DNA of 62,981 nucleotides, counting the filler, from Octopus bimaculoides (Eukaryota): the NCBI RefSeq assembly GCF_001194135.2. It is 6 parts of 5 records of this genome, joined end to end, with 100 filler letters (N's around TTAATTAATTAA, not from the genome) between each part and the next. Parts side by side here need not be neighbours in the genome. Positions count along the whole stretch, not along the records: positions 30,788 to 53,128 come from NC_068999.1; positions 53,229 to 57,722 come from NC_068982.1; positions 57,823 to 62,981 come from NC_069001.1; 3 more parts are not named here. One strand, 5' to 3'. Below are positions 53,101 through 62,981 of this stretch, piece after piece. The first letter of the stretch is position 1; every line of letters starts with the position of its first letter. Below the pieces are notes generated by a model, which ran no database searches, was not told the DNA's origin, and saw only the letters and a list, made by a program, of their open reading frames with translations. A program made the position numbers and the translations under genes.

Positions 53101-53282
53101 AACATTGTGCATCCAAATATCTACATATNNNNNNNNNNNNNNNNNNNNNNNNNNNNNNNNNNNNNNNNNNNNTTAATTAATTAANNNNNNNNNNNNNNNN
53201 NNNNNNNNNNNNNNNNNNNNNNNNNNNNAAGTGAAAGCACGTTATAAAAATAAAACTACTGAACAACAACAACAACAATAAA

Positions 53283-53340
<58 letters not shown>

Positions 53341-53802
53341 TTAATAATAATACAAACCAGATAACAGGGCACTGAGATAACTAAAGCAATATAATGACTA
53401 ATTTAATAACTAAGTAGTTTCTGAGAAATAATGGCTGGATAATTACTGTTTTATCTCAAAGACATGTTTTATAAATATAAATTTGTTATCATTCTTTTAG
53501 CATTTATTTAATTTGGCTTTTGCTCTTAAGATGTCTTAAGGTTCATTAGCATTGGTATAAGATACATTTCAGGCCAAGCTCCTTAAGTGACAAATTCGCT
53601 TGTTTTAGCAATCTCAATACAAATTTAATTTATACAATGATGCCTATGGAAGACAAACGGGAGAAAATAGAATTAAGACACACCCATAGCCACACCCACT
53701 CACAATTACAAATACACTCGAAGGAATAAATATATGTAAGCTATATATGCAATTAACACAAACGCCTCGATGTGCCTGCATACACGCACACACACAAATG
53801 CA

Positions 53803-53897
<95 letters not shown>

Positions 53898-56627
53898 ACA
53901 TGTATATATGTAAGTATGTATTTATATATGTATGCATGCATACACAAGACGAGAGAGATGGAGAGACAGAGACACAGACAAAGATAGAGACAAAGAGATG
54001 TAATGAAGGACAACTCGTTCAATTTCGATGTAAATCTACAGATAATAATTCAGTTGCCAGGGGATGTGATGTTGTTCGAATTAAAGAGATGGCGAGACAC
54101 ACGTGCTTGCTTCTGAATTTGTTGCTCGTAATTTCAGATCGATTGCTTGTCGAGTTTCATTCCCAACAAATGAGATTTACAAGCATGTGATCAACCTAAT
54201 TTTGAATCAGAAGAAAAAAACAAAAAAAACAAAACATGCGCACTAACTTCGCAGCTACAAATATCTTCGTATAAACTTCTTAGGCAGCTGACAATAATAC
54301 ATTTAATGTATACATAGATACATATACATTTATATATATATATATATATATATATATNNNNNNNNNNNNNNNNNNNNNNNNNNNNNNNNNNNNNNNNNNN
54401 NNNNNNNNNNNNNNNNNNNNNNNNNNNNNNNNNNNNNNNNNNNNNNNNNNNNNNNNNNNNNNNNNNNNNNNNNNNNNNNNNNNNNNNNNNNNNNNNNNNN
54501 NNNNNNNNNNNNNNNNNNNNNNNNNNNNNNNNNNNNNNNNNNNNNNNNNNNNNNNNNNNNNNNNNNNNNNNNNNNNNNNNNNNNNNNNNNNNNNNNNNNN
54601 NNNNNNNNNNNNNNAAGTTAGTGCAAAGATTGCAAATATACATATATGCATATATATATATATAGATACACACATTATGCACATACATACAGATACACTC
54701 ACACACATATACACACACACATACACAGACGCACACACGCATGTAAGTATACCTGTCAATGAATGACACAAAATGGAATAGACAACATTATCTAAAAGCT
54801 CTACAATTGTTTGGGCGCATATACATCCTTATGTATATCCTGTGGCTAGAGCATTTCCATTGCCTGATGGCTTCAAGTAACTAATAAATGTGGATGAGAT
54901 TAGAATAGTATTCCACAAGATTCTTACCCGAATCTCACTTAACTATATACATACGTACATACGTACTCACATATATAAGGGTACGAATATCTGGATTTTT
55001 ATATAATTAGATACGTACGCATCCACCTATGTATGCATGCACTCACAGGCATTCATAAGTATATATACATACATAAATTCATGTGTGAGTGTGTGCCTGT
55101 CTGTGTGTGTGTATGTGAGTGTGTGCGTGTATGTTTGTGTGTGCGCGTGTGTGCGTGTGTGCCGTCCCGCGCGGGGTTGCTTGTATAAACATATGCTGAT
55201 GATTTTCTTTTTGAAATTCCAATATTATGGTGGAACAGATAAGTTTTAATGAAATTTAAACATGGACTTCATAGAAGTCCATGTTTAAATTTTGAATGTG
55301 TCCAGTTTGAACGTCTGCCTGGAGTTGTATGTATATGAGTATGATAAACGTCTGTACAAGGATGTTTAAGTAAAAAAAATAATAATAAAGTAAAATTACG
55401 AAAATGGGTGGAGATACGAGGAAGATAGACATATTTAGAGAGGGTGACGGGAGAGAAAAATTTAAGAGATTTATATATGTACGTATCTTCAGTAACTTAT
55501 GCGTATAAATACATACATGCTTATATACACATAATAAAATAGTAGTACAGAATTGATGGCAAATCAATACACAGTTGCACATTTATAGTTTGTTTAAATC
55601 GAATTGTTACACGAGTGTTTTAAAAGCCGCTCACAGATTCAAAGACTTTCCAATAAAATATAATGATTAGTTTTTCGGGAAAATGGTAATTTACTTCATT
55701 ATATACGTAATAAATATCAAACGAAATTAACAAAATCTACAATGAAATGTCATTATTTGAAACTATAAAGAAAATGTTAATTATATGATACCGTTTGCAT
55801 AATAAAATCAACTCTAAATCACTGCTTGCTTTTAAATAAATTTAATGTATACCAAGAGAATTGGTTAACCAACACATTGAGAATGGTTGTAATATTTTCA
55901 CATGGAAGTGAGCATTGTTATATGGTTAAACACAACGTCTGTTTCTGAGTCCACACGTTTGCGTAATCTTACATGGCCCGCCAACACGACACATTCACAC
56001 AAAGAACCCGTATTTGTGTCATTATTATCGATAATTGCACGAAATCGTAATAGTTTGAGGGCGATAACTGATGAGGGATGAACGTGTCGTAGGATTTGCG
56101 TAAGTTTCCATTGTCTTCCTTTGTCGTCTTTCTGTGCAACATTTTATTTTATAGTTATTACATATATATGTATGAGTGTGTGTATGAGTGTGTGCATGCG
56201 CATGTATGTGTATGTTTGTTTTTGTCTGCGTGTGTGTATGTATTTGTGTGTGCTAAAATAGCAAAATATTGCATTCATATAAAAGAAACAATTTTCGCTG
56301 ACACATTCGATTCGCTGAGAATGTGTAGGATTGCAATGTTTACTACCATATAAATTCTTATAATATGCAATGAATCTATAATGAAGCAAATATGTAAATT
56401 TGAAAGTCGAATCTCCTTAAATTGAAAGATAAATTTCTATTCAACAATTATGCACAAGGGATAGCTATTAAATTATATAGGAGTAGAGATGTTACAGCTG
56501 TTATCTATTAGCGTGCATGACCAATAAACAAGTAATGTAGTTTCAGAATCGCTGAAGAGTTAACTATATTGCATATTTTTATATATATATAAAATTAGCT
56601 AGGTTAGTGCTGACAGTCTAATAGCCC

Positions 56628-56941
56628 TTCATTAATGAAGACATATGGCTAAATGGTTAGTGTATCCAATTCACGATCTTAAGATTGTGTGTTCGATTCC
56701 CGGTGAAGCGTTCTGCTCTTTATTTTATGTTACGCAAGTTCACTTAGCTGACCCAAATTGGTACCAGCTGTACTTCAGGGCCAGCCTGGCCACATTGAGT
56801 ATCACGCTGAATCTTCCTCAGAGCTACGTGTGTGTGTGTTTAAAGAGTGCTTAGTCACTTGCACGGGGATTTCACGAGCAAGGCTGTTCCGTTGCTCGGA
56901 TCAACCAGAACATTTGTCGTCGTAACCGACGGAGTACCAGT
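56628..56941 (+). mobile_element. tRNA-derived SINE (family E) with a 9-bp target-site duplication
   Basis: A-box TGGCTAAATGG, B-box GTTCGATTCC, tail GTCGTCGTAACCGACGGAGTACCA. TAATAGCCC at 56619-56627 and 56942-56950. Confidence 0.75.
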
Positions 56942-58357
56942 TAATAGCCCATCTTAGTCGAGTTTGATAGATGCTGCTTAAAGATCCAAGTAAGAACTAA
57001 AAGACGTTTTGGGAAAGAATTTCAGAGGACCGACATTCCAGAAAGAAGCAGCCAGGCGCGTTGGTTAGCTCGTACTAGCTAACCACATCAACATGAACGC
57101 ATCATTCAAAATAATGCCGAAATACTACCTGTAATTACCTGGGACTATACCTAAGGTCGTATACCTTCACGGAAGTACGGACCACCCTCCATGCCCTCTG
57201 GAAAAGGATGAACTGTGAACTTTATTCTATCTGTATTCTATCTACTTTTAATCCTTATTCTCCTATTTCATTCCTCATAATCTGTGAATTTCCGTCTCTA
57301 ATACTTCCAGACACACTTACCTCGTCTCAGAAGACGGAGTACCCAGAGTACAGACATGTTAGCCTATCACCTGGGGTATTCCAGAAACAGTTGAAAGACT
57401 TCGAATTCACCTTACCCTAATTAAATTATTATAAATGACTTGAGATATTCGTCCTGCCTTGGCTTTTGCTGTCTTTTTCCTTTAATATATACCTGCTAAC
57501 ACAGAAACCTAATACGTGTCTCTAGCTCCAGCCTCAGCTGTGAGCTTGGAGCGTAACGGATGACCAATTATAGCATTTACTCAGCGTACCTATTCGCTTA
57601 GATCACCAGTGAACTAACCCCCCCACACGCACACATACACACACACATATATGTATATATATATATATGTATATACGTATGTATGTATGTATATATCTAC
57701 ATATATATATATATATGTATATNNNNNNNNNNNNNNNNNNNNNNNNNNNNNNNNNNNNNNNNNNNNTTAATTAATTAANNNNNNNNNNNNNNNNNNNNNN
57801 NNNNNNNNNNNNNNNNNNNNNNTTCTAGAGAGGAACGAAAGCGTTAATATTGAAGAAATAAAAGGTTTTTTTTCCAAAATTCTGGAGATCTTTTTTTCTC
57901 AATATTCAGTTCTGTGCATCACACCTAACACTCTATACATACACATACACACACACACATATATAAAAGAATATAAGGATTAAAATCACTTTAATAATTT
58001 GTATCAAGTAGTCAGAATGCTATAAAAATTTATAGGCAATTAATACATTAAATTAATAATGATGTACATATGTATATTTAACAAGAGTTGTGGTAGTTTT
58101 TTAAGGTATCGGCACTTCAAGCATGCTAGAAACATATCGTTTTCGCCCGAGCTCCCTTATATATAGATATAAGTGAATACTGCTTCAGTTGTGTGCATCG
58201 GATTATATCAATTGCAGTTATTGTTATAAAATAGATGCAATTAATAGAATGATTGTAAGAAAATACTTATATTAATCCCAATAACATATAAAATAGACAG
58301 TAATCTAACCGATTGCCATTAAAAAAATGTACACATTTCAGAGTGACTGTCGTAAAA

Positions 58358-58426
58358 CAGATAAAATAATATTAACAAACAGATAAAGTAATATTAACAA
58401 ACAGATAAAGTAATATTAACAAACAC
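58358..58426. repeat. 22-bp tandem repeat, 3 copies (CAGATAAAGTAATATTAACAAA)
   Basis: Read directly from the sequence. Confidence 0.9.
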
Positions 58427-58463
58427 AAGATATATAATAATATTAGAATAATAATAATCTTAC

Positions 58464-58849
58464 CTGTATTTTGGCTTTTGTGGTCACCTGGTCCCTCCTC
58501 TGGTCTTCATTTCCTGGTGCCTTCCTCTTCCACGAGACGTTAGCAAGTATTGAGTAAGTCACCGTTAGCATAGTAAAAGGAATGAAACATAAACAAACGC
58601 AAAGCGCCCACTGGTAAATCAAAATTTGCGATGATCGGAACTTTGTTGTGCATATGATAGATGTTTTTTCACCAATATTTGTTTCAATTCTTATAAAATA
58701 AAAGGATACGGAAGATATTACCACCGAGAACAACCAGATCAGGACGATAGTAAGCCTAGATCTAGACGTCATTATGCGATATTTTAATGGGAACAAAACA
58801 GCTATAAGTCGATCGACACCAATCGCCATATTCGTGGAGGAACTTATGG
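58464..58849 (-). CDS. Internal exon of a class A (rhodopsin-like) GPCR, neuropeptide-receptor-like, TM3 to start of TM6
   Basis: SSSTNMAIGVDRLIAVLFPLK (DRY-like), TM4 IVLIWLFSVVIS, ECL2 Cys, TM5 CFIPFTMLTVTYS and ICL3 WKRKAPGN. Strong acceptor CTTCCTTTTCTTTACACATTTTCTGTAG and donor CAG|GTAAGA. Confidence 0.9.
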
Positions 58850-59221
58850 CTACAGAAAATGTGTAAAGAAAAGGAAGTTGCATGCAATTCTGTCGATTAT
58901 CATTCCTCACACTACAGCTCTCAATAAAAGAAAGAGGTTGTAAGCATGAGGAATAGTAGGAGAGTCATTGAATAGTGAGCGAGGGGTAATTCGTTTTGTC
59001 GGATTTTGCCAGACTGGAACCGGACCAGTTAATTTTCGTCAAACCCACATAGATGTTGACACTCTCCCAATACCCATGGTTCCTCATGCCAAGATTGGTA
59101 GAAATCGCTCCTGTGGTTCTGGAGGTGTTTCGTAACAAAATTTTCACATACACACACACACACACACACACAAAGACGCGCGCACGCGTAAATAGCGCAA
59201 TTATAGCATAGATATAACTCT

Positions 59222-59566
59222 ATTATTTGTTTCAGTCTTTCGACTGCGGCCATGCTGGAGCACCGCCTTTAGTCGAGCTAATCGTCCCAAAGACATATAC
59301 TTTTGCCGAATTGCTAAGTTACGGGGACGTAAACACACCAGCAACAGTTATCAAGCTATGTTGGGTGGACAAACAAACACACACACACACACACACACAC
59401 AGGACGGGCTTCTTTTAATTTCCGTCTAACAAATTCACTCACAAGGTTTTGCTCGGCCTAACGCTATAGCAGAAGACACTTACCCAAAGTGCCACGCAGC
59501 TTGGGCTGAATCCGGAACCACGTGGTTGGTAAGTAAGCTACTAAGCACACAACCACTCCTGCCCCC
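59222..59566 (-). mobile_element. Complete family B SINE: tRNA head, (TG)n, tail
   Basis: Head (59400-59566) and tail (59222-59380) halves seen separately elsewhere are joined here through a (CA)n tract. Confidence 0.8.
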
Positions 59567-59635
59567 TATAGTGAGTAATAATACATGCTGAGATGTATTT
59601 TCACATCCCAGGATGCTCAGTGATACGTAGGAAGA

Positions 59636-59703
<68 letters not shown>

Positions 59704-60237
59704 ATAAATATTGTTGAACGTCAGTTATTCCCTGTGTATTAAGCGATAATTAACAAAAACGCTGTGCGACATATCACTATCAGTCTTACTTAATGAGATT
59801 CAAAAGGGTTTTTATAAGAATCTGTTATGTGAGGACGGGACATTGTGAATTATCGGTAGAGTCTTTCTGTACGAAGTGCTTCGCAGTGAATTTAAAACAA
59901 GAAAGGAACCACAGTATACAGCATTCGGAAAAGTATTGATCCATACACTCAGTTCAATGTATAATCTTCCAGTTTTTCAGTCGACACTTATCTAAGTGAT
60001 GACATTTGTTACACATCTCTAGTTCGACAATTTACTAAGGTCGACGAATTTCTTAAGGTAAGTGGCACTTTACATTAATGCAAACTCATCAAATTTTGTT
60101 CCGTTCCTTGCATGGTCAGTATCTTTTTCTCATATCGAATGCAGTAACCAGGTGCTTCAAAATTTCTTTCCTAATGAGATAATTTTTCATTCCTCTTTTC
60201 TATATTTTTGAACAAAGGAATATAGTTGAAATAGCGT
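59636..60237 (+). repeat. Segmental duplication, copy 1 (paralogous to about 61635-62520)
   Basis: Colinear similarity from the (TAC)n tract through CATAAATATTG, GACATATCACT and AAGAATCTGTTA to GAACAAAGGAATA. Confidence 0.9.
59981..60057 (+). CDS. Candidate 77-nt exon (xDTYLSDDICYTSLVRQFTKVDEFLK), unidentified gene
   Basis: CTTCCAGTTTTTCAG acceptor and AAG|GTAAGT donor. One open frame. Almost invariant between the duplicated copies. Confidence 0.55.
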
Positions 60238-61149
60238 ACGCTAGTTATGTTTATTTATCATTCACTCTATCCTGAATTGTGGCACAATATGGACAGATTT
60301 CGGAATACCGATGAACTTTTATGTAAATGTATCAACTTAAAGGATAAACATATTACAATGGATAATACCAAGTGGACTTCCCCCTTTTCTCTCTCCTTTT
60401 CTTTTTCTTTGTGATTTCTTCTTTGTGATATAATCTTGGGAAAGAATATATTTGCGGCTGAAGATAGCTTTAAACCATCCTGTCTATCAATTATGTATAC
60501 ATATAATGATGCAACGACTGTTTGTGTATAAAGCTTGAAACACGTGTATCGCGGAATCATTTGTGNNNNNNNNNNAGAGATGAGGAATTATCTACATTAT
60601 TTACATTATTTACATTATTTAAATTTGAGGGATGCACTCTGTCTACCCTATGTGAAAGGCCTCTCCGAAAAGATACAAAAGATATGCAGCCCATATGACA
60701 TCAGGACAGTATTCAAGCGTAATACAACACTTCGCAAATATCTCCTTCGGGTAAAGCCACCAATAGAAGAGAATATGACCAAAAACTGCGTGTAGCCCAT
60801 CCCATGCAGCTGTGGTAGGTTATGCAAAGGCGGAACATGTCGCCCCCCTCGAAATAAGGGTAGTGGAACATCGCAAAGCTGTGACACGAGGAGATATTGA
60901 TAAATCGGGTATAGCTGATCATGTATGGAAAAACGGAGACCACCTCCCCCTGTGGGATGAAGTTAAAATAATAGACAGAGAACACCACTGGAAAATACGA
61001 AAACTAAAAGAAGCAGCACATATGCTAGGACACAACAACCTCCTAAGCAGATCGAGTGCAGATATGAACAGCATATGGGAACCGGTATTAAGGAAGGATA
61101 GGAAAATATTAGATTTATAAGCCCTAAAATTCACTCCATAAATGCCCAC

Positions 61150-61223
61150 GGGCATATGGCGTAGTGGTTAAGAGAGCGGGCTACTATCCCCAAGATTCCT
61201 AGTTCGATTCTAGGTAGTGACCT
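61150..61223 (+). promoter_or_regulatory. tRNA-Arg(ACG)-derived head with Pol III A and B boxes
   Basis: TGGCGTAGTGG at 61157-61167 and AGTTCGATTC at 61201. Shares GGGC..TGGCG, CTAC, AAGATTCC and GTTCGA with eukaryotic tRNA-Arg(ACG). Confidence 0.7.
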
Positions 61224-61320
61224 GAATAATAATAATAATAGTAATAATAATAATAATAATAATAACAACAACACCGAAAAATACCTTAGGAATGAGAACA
61301 CAGTTTCGAAATTTTCCCAA

Positions 61321-61366
61321 GACACCTGATGAAGGCTGGAGGGTATATCAGCCGAAACGTTGTGTT
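61321..61366 (+). ncRNA. Minimal type I hammerhead ribozyme (intact core)
   Basis: GACAC-CTGATGA-A-GGCTG(GAGGGTATAT)CAGCC-GAA-ACGT-T-GTGTT. Predicted cleavage after 61361. Confidence 0.8.
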
Positions 61367-62003
61367 AACAAAAAACAAGATGAGGACAAACATCCGTCGA
61401 ATGTAAATAAAGTATCATGTTTGTTCTCTAATTAATGTTTTTTGTTTCTGTCCCAATTTCATTTGAGCACTTCCTTTTTGCAGTCATATAAAGCTTTTTG
61501 TCGCCATAAAAAGAGTCAAAAAATATTTCTTGTCGTATATATATAGATACATTTTCACTTACACGATGCTCGACAATCCTCGAATGATAAAAAGTATCAA
61601 TTATTTACAAGACTGTCAATGATATATACAAATAACTACTACTACTACTACTACTATTTACATATCGAGTTTCCACTATTCCGTCATTGATGTGTAAATG
61701 TGGTAAGATGTCAATTAATTACGCATAAATATTGTATAATATCAATTATTTTCTGTGTATTAAGTATAATTTAAAAAAAAAACGGTGGGTGACATATCAC
61801 TTTGGGTCATACTTAATGAGATGCAAGAGGGTCTTCCTAAGAATCTGTTACGTGAGGAAGGAACATAGTGAGTTATTGGTAGGCTTTCGTAGTATGAAGT
61901 GATTCATAGTGAGTTGAAACCGACAAAGGAAACACAATATACAGTATTAGCAAAAGTAATGATCCATTCACTCAGTTGAATGTATAATCTTCCAGTCTTT
62001 CAG

Positions 62004-62080
62004 TCGACACTTATCTAAGTGATGACATTTGTTACACATCTCTAGTTTGACAATTTACTAAGGTCGACGAATTTCTTAAG
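62004..62080 (+). pseudogene. Duplicate of the 77-nt candidate exon with an in-frame TGA
   Basis: Identical to 59981-60057 except CGA to TGA at 62048-62050. Acceptor and GTAAGT donor retained. Confidence 0.5.
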
Positions 62081-62113
62081 GTAAGTGGTACTTTTCAGCA
62101 ATGCGAACTCGTA

Positions 62114-62369
62114 TTTTTTTTTTACATTATTTACATTTGATGGATATTTCTCCTCATCGTGTTTGTTGTTAACACAACATTTCGGCTGATATACACTCCA
62201 ACCTTCATCAGGTGTTCGAAATTTCTCCAAGACACCTAATGAAGGCTGGAGGGTATATCAGCCAAAACGTTGTGTTAACAACAATCAAGATGAAGACAAA
62301 TATCCGTCAAACGTAAATAATATAAATAATGTACATAATTCCTCATCTCTCCAATATAGGACTATATTT
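62114..62369. mobile_element. Inverted (tails-outward) pair of hammerhead-bearing pLTR 3' halves
   Basis: Minus copy about 62123-62215 and plus copy about 62215-62363. Candidate 5-bp TSD TCGTA at 62109-62113 and 62370-62374. Confidence 0.8.
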
Positions 62370-62626
62370 TCGTAAATTTTTGTTCCGTTCCAACATGGCC
62401 TGCATCTTTTACTGGTATCGATGCAGTAACCAGGTTCTGCGAATTTTCACTCCTAACTGGATAATTTTTCATTCCTCTTCTCCATTATTTTGAACAAAGG
62501 AATACGGTTGAAGTAACGGTTTTAGAATATATTTTACAACATACCTACATAGTATTCATTCGGCAATATCGAATTTGATAGATTTAATGTCGTAATTATT
62601 ATTAATATTATTAAGCCTGATTAAAA

Positions 62627-62842
62627 CAGCGAGCTGGCAGAATCTTTCCCACGCTGAACAAAATGCTTAACAGCATTTCGTTCGTTTTTATGTTCTGCGT
62701 TCAAATGCCACCAGGGTCTACTTTGCCTTCCACTATTTCGAGGTCGCTAAAATAAATAGCAGTGAAGCACTGGAGTTGATGGATCGACTTGCCTCCTGCT
62801 CCGAAACTACTCGACTTGTGCCAAAATTTAAAACCATTATTA
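62627..62842 (+). mobile_element. Old family A SINE
   Basis: GCGAGCTGGCAGAATC head, GCGTTCAAAT B-box-like motif and CTTGTGCCAAAATTTAAAACCATTATT tail. Confidence 0.75.
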
Positions 62843-62932
62843 AAGTCTTGGAAAATGATACCTAGAAGTTCGATGACCACAACTAGTTAAAAAAAAGGGG
62901 GGAAGAATGTGAGTGAAACTTAAATGATTGTC

Positions 62933-62981
<49 letters not shown>

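Larger units (their letters stand above)
60576..61412 (+). mobile_element. 5'-truncated Penelope-like element (Poseidon-type): inverted pLTR tail + RT thumb/GIY-YIG + tRNA-head/hammerhead pLTR
   Basis: LPYVKGLSEKI...TLRKYLLRVKP..TKNCV*PIPCSCG..CKG.T.RPL.IR..EHRK...SGIADHVW..H.PLWDEVKIIDRE.HWKIRKLKEAAH, with one stop and one frameshift; stop codon at 61118-61120. 60576-60620 is the reverse complement of the unit's (AATAATGTA)n...ATTCCTCATCTCT tail. Confidence 0.85.
61635..62520 (+). repeat. Segmental duplication, copy 2, interrupted by a pLTR insertion
   Basis: Colinear with 59636-60237 except for an insert at about 62114-62369 and about 70 bp of extra sequence after the (TAC)n tract. Confidence 0.9.

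Noticed and set aside
59975-60060. GTGATGA as a C-box snoRNA, or a MYND-like reading on the minus strand
   Set aside because: No downstream D box (CTGA), and all minus-strand frames contain stops.
61150-61223. Functional tRNA gene (also 22424-22497 and 8485-8557)
   Set aside because: Acceptor stem does not close, the anticodon is altered (ACT), and the sequence is embedded in a repeated mobile unit.
62048-62050. In-frame TGA as a selenocysteine codon
   Set aside because: The paralog has CGA (Arg), not Cys; this is a typical CpG deamination and no SECIS was identified.

Overview
AT-rich, gap-ridden, microsatellite-dense animal genomic DNA. The SINE families, repeat content and gap style best fit an octopus (coleoid cephalopod) draft assembly; this is an inference. 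Nearly all long ORFs in the supplied track are artefacts of N-gaps or microsatellites. The only clearly recognisable host coding sequence is one minus-strand exon of a class A, neuropeptide-receptor-like GPCR (TM3-TM5, about 58464-58849). There is also a tandemly duplicated, nearly invariant 77-nt plus-strand exon-like unit (59981-60057 and 62004-62080) and a few candidate minus-strand exons at 4-12 kb. The rest is a transposon mosaic: tRNA-derived SINEs, TTAA-flanked MITEs, three Tc1/mariner relics, a MULE, and L1/Tx1-, CR1- and R4/Dong-like LINE relics, plus two clades of Penelope-like elements (PLEs). The most notable signal is a Poseidon-type PLE (60576-61412) whose pseudo-LTR appears to be a tRNA-Arg-derived Pol III head, an (AAT)n tract and a minimal, probably dimer-dependent hammerhead ribozyme. 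The same unit occurs elsewhere in the window as solo, inverted and truncated SINE-like copies. Other hammerhead-like motifs are present, including one with an apparent compensatory G3-C8 core swap (5328-5383, minus strand). No ribozyme activity or novelty has been tested; these calls rest on manual folding.
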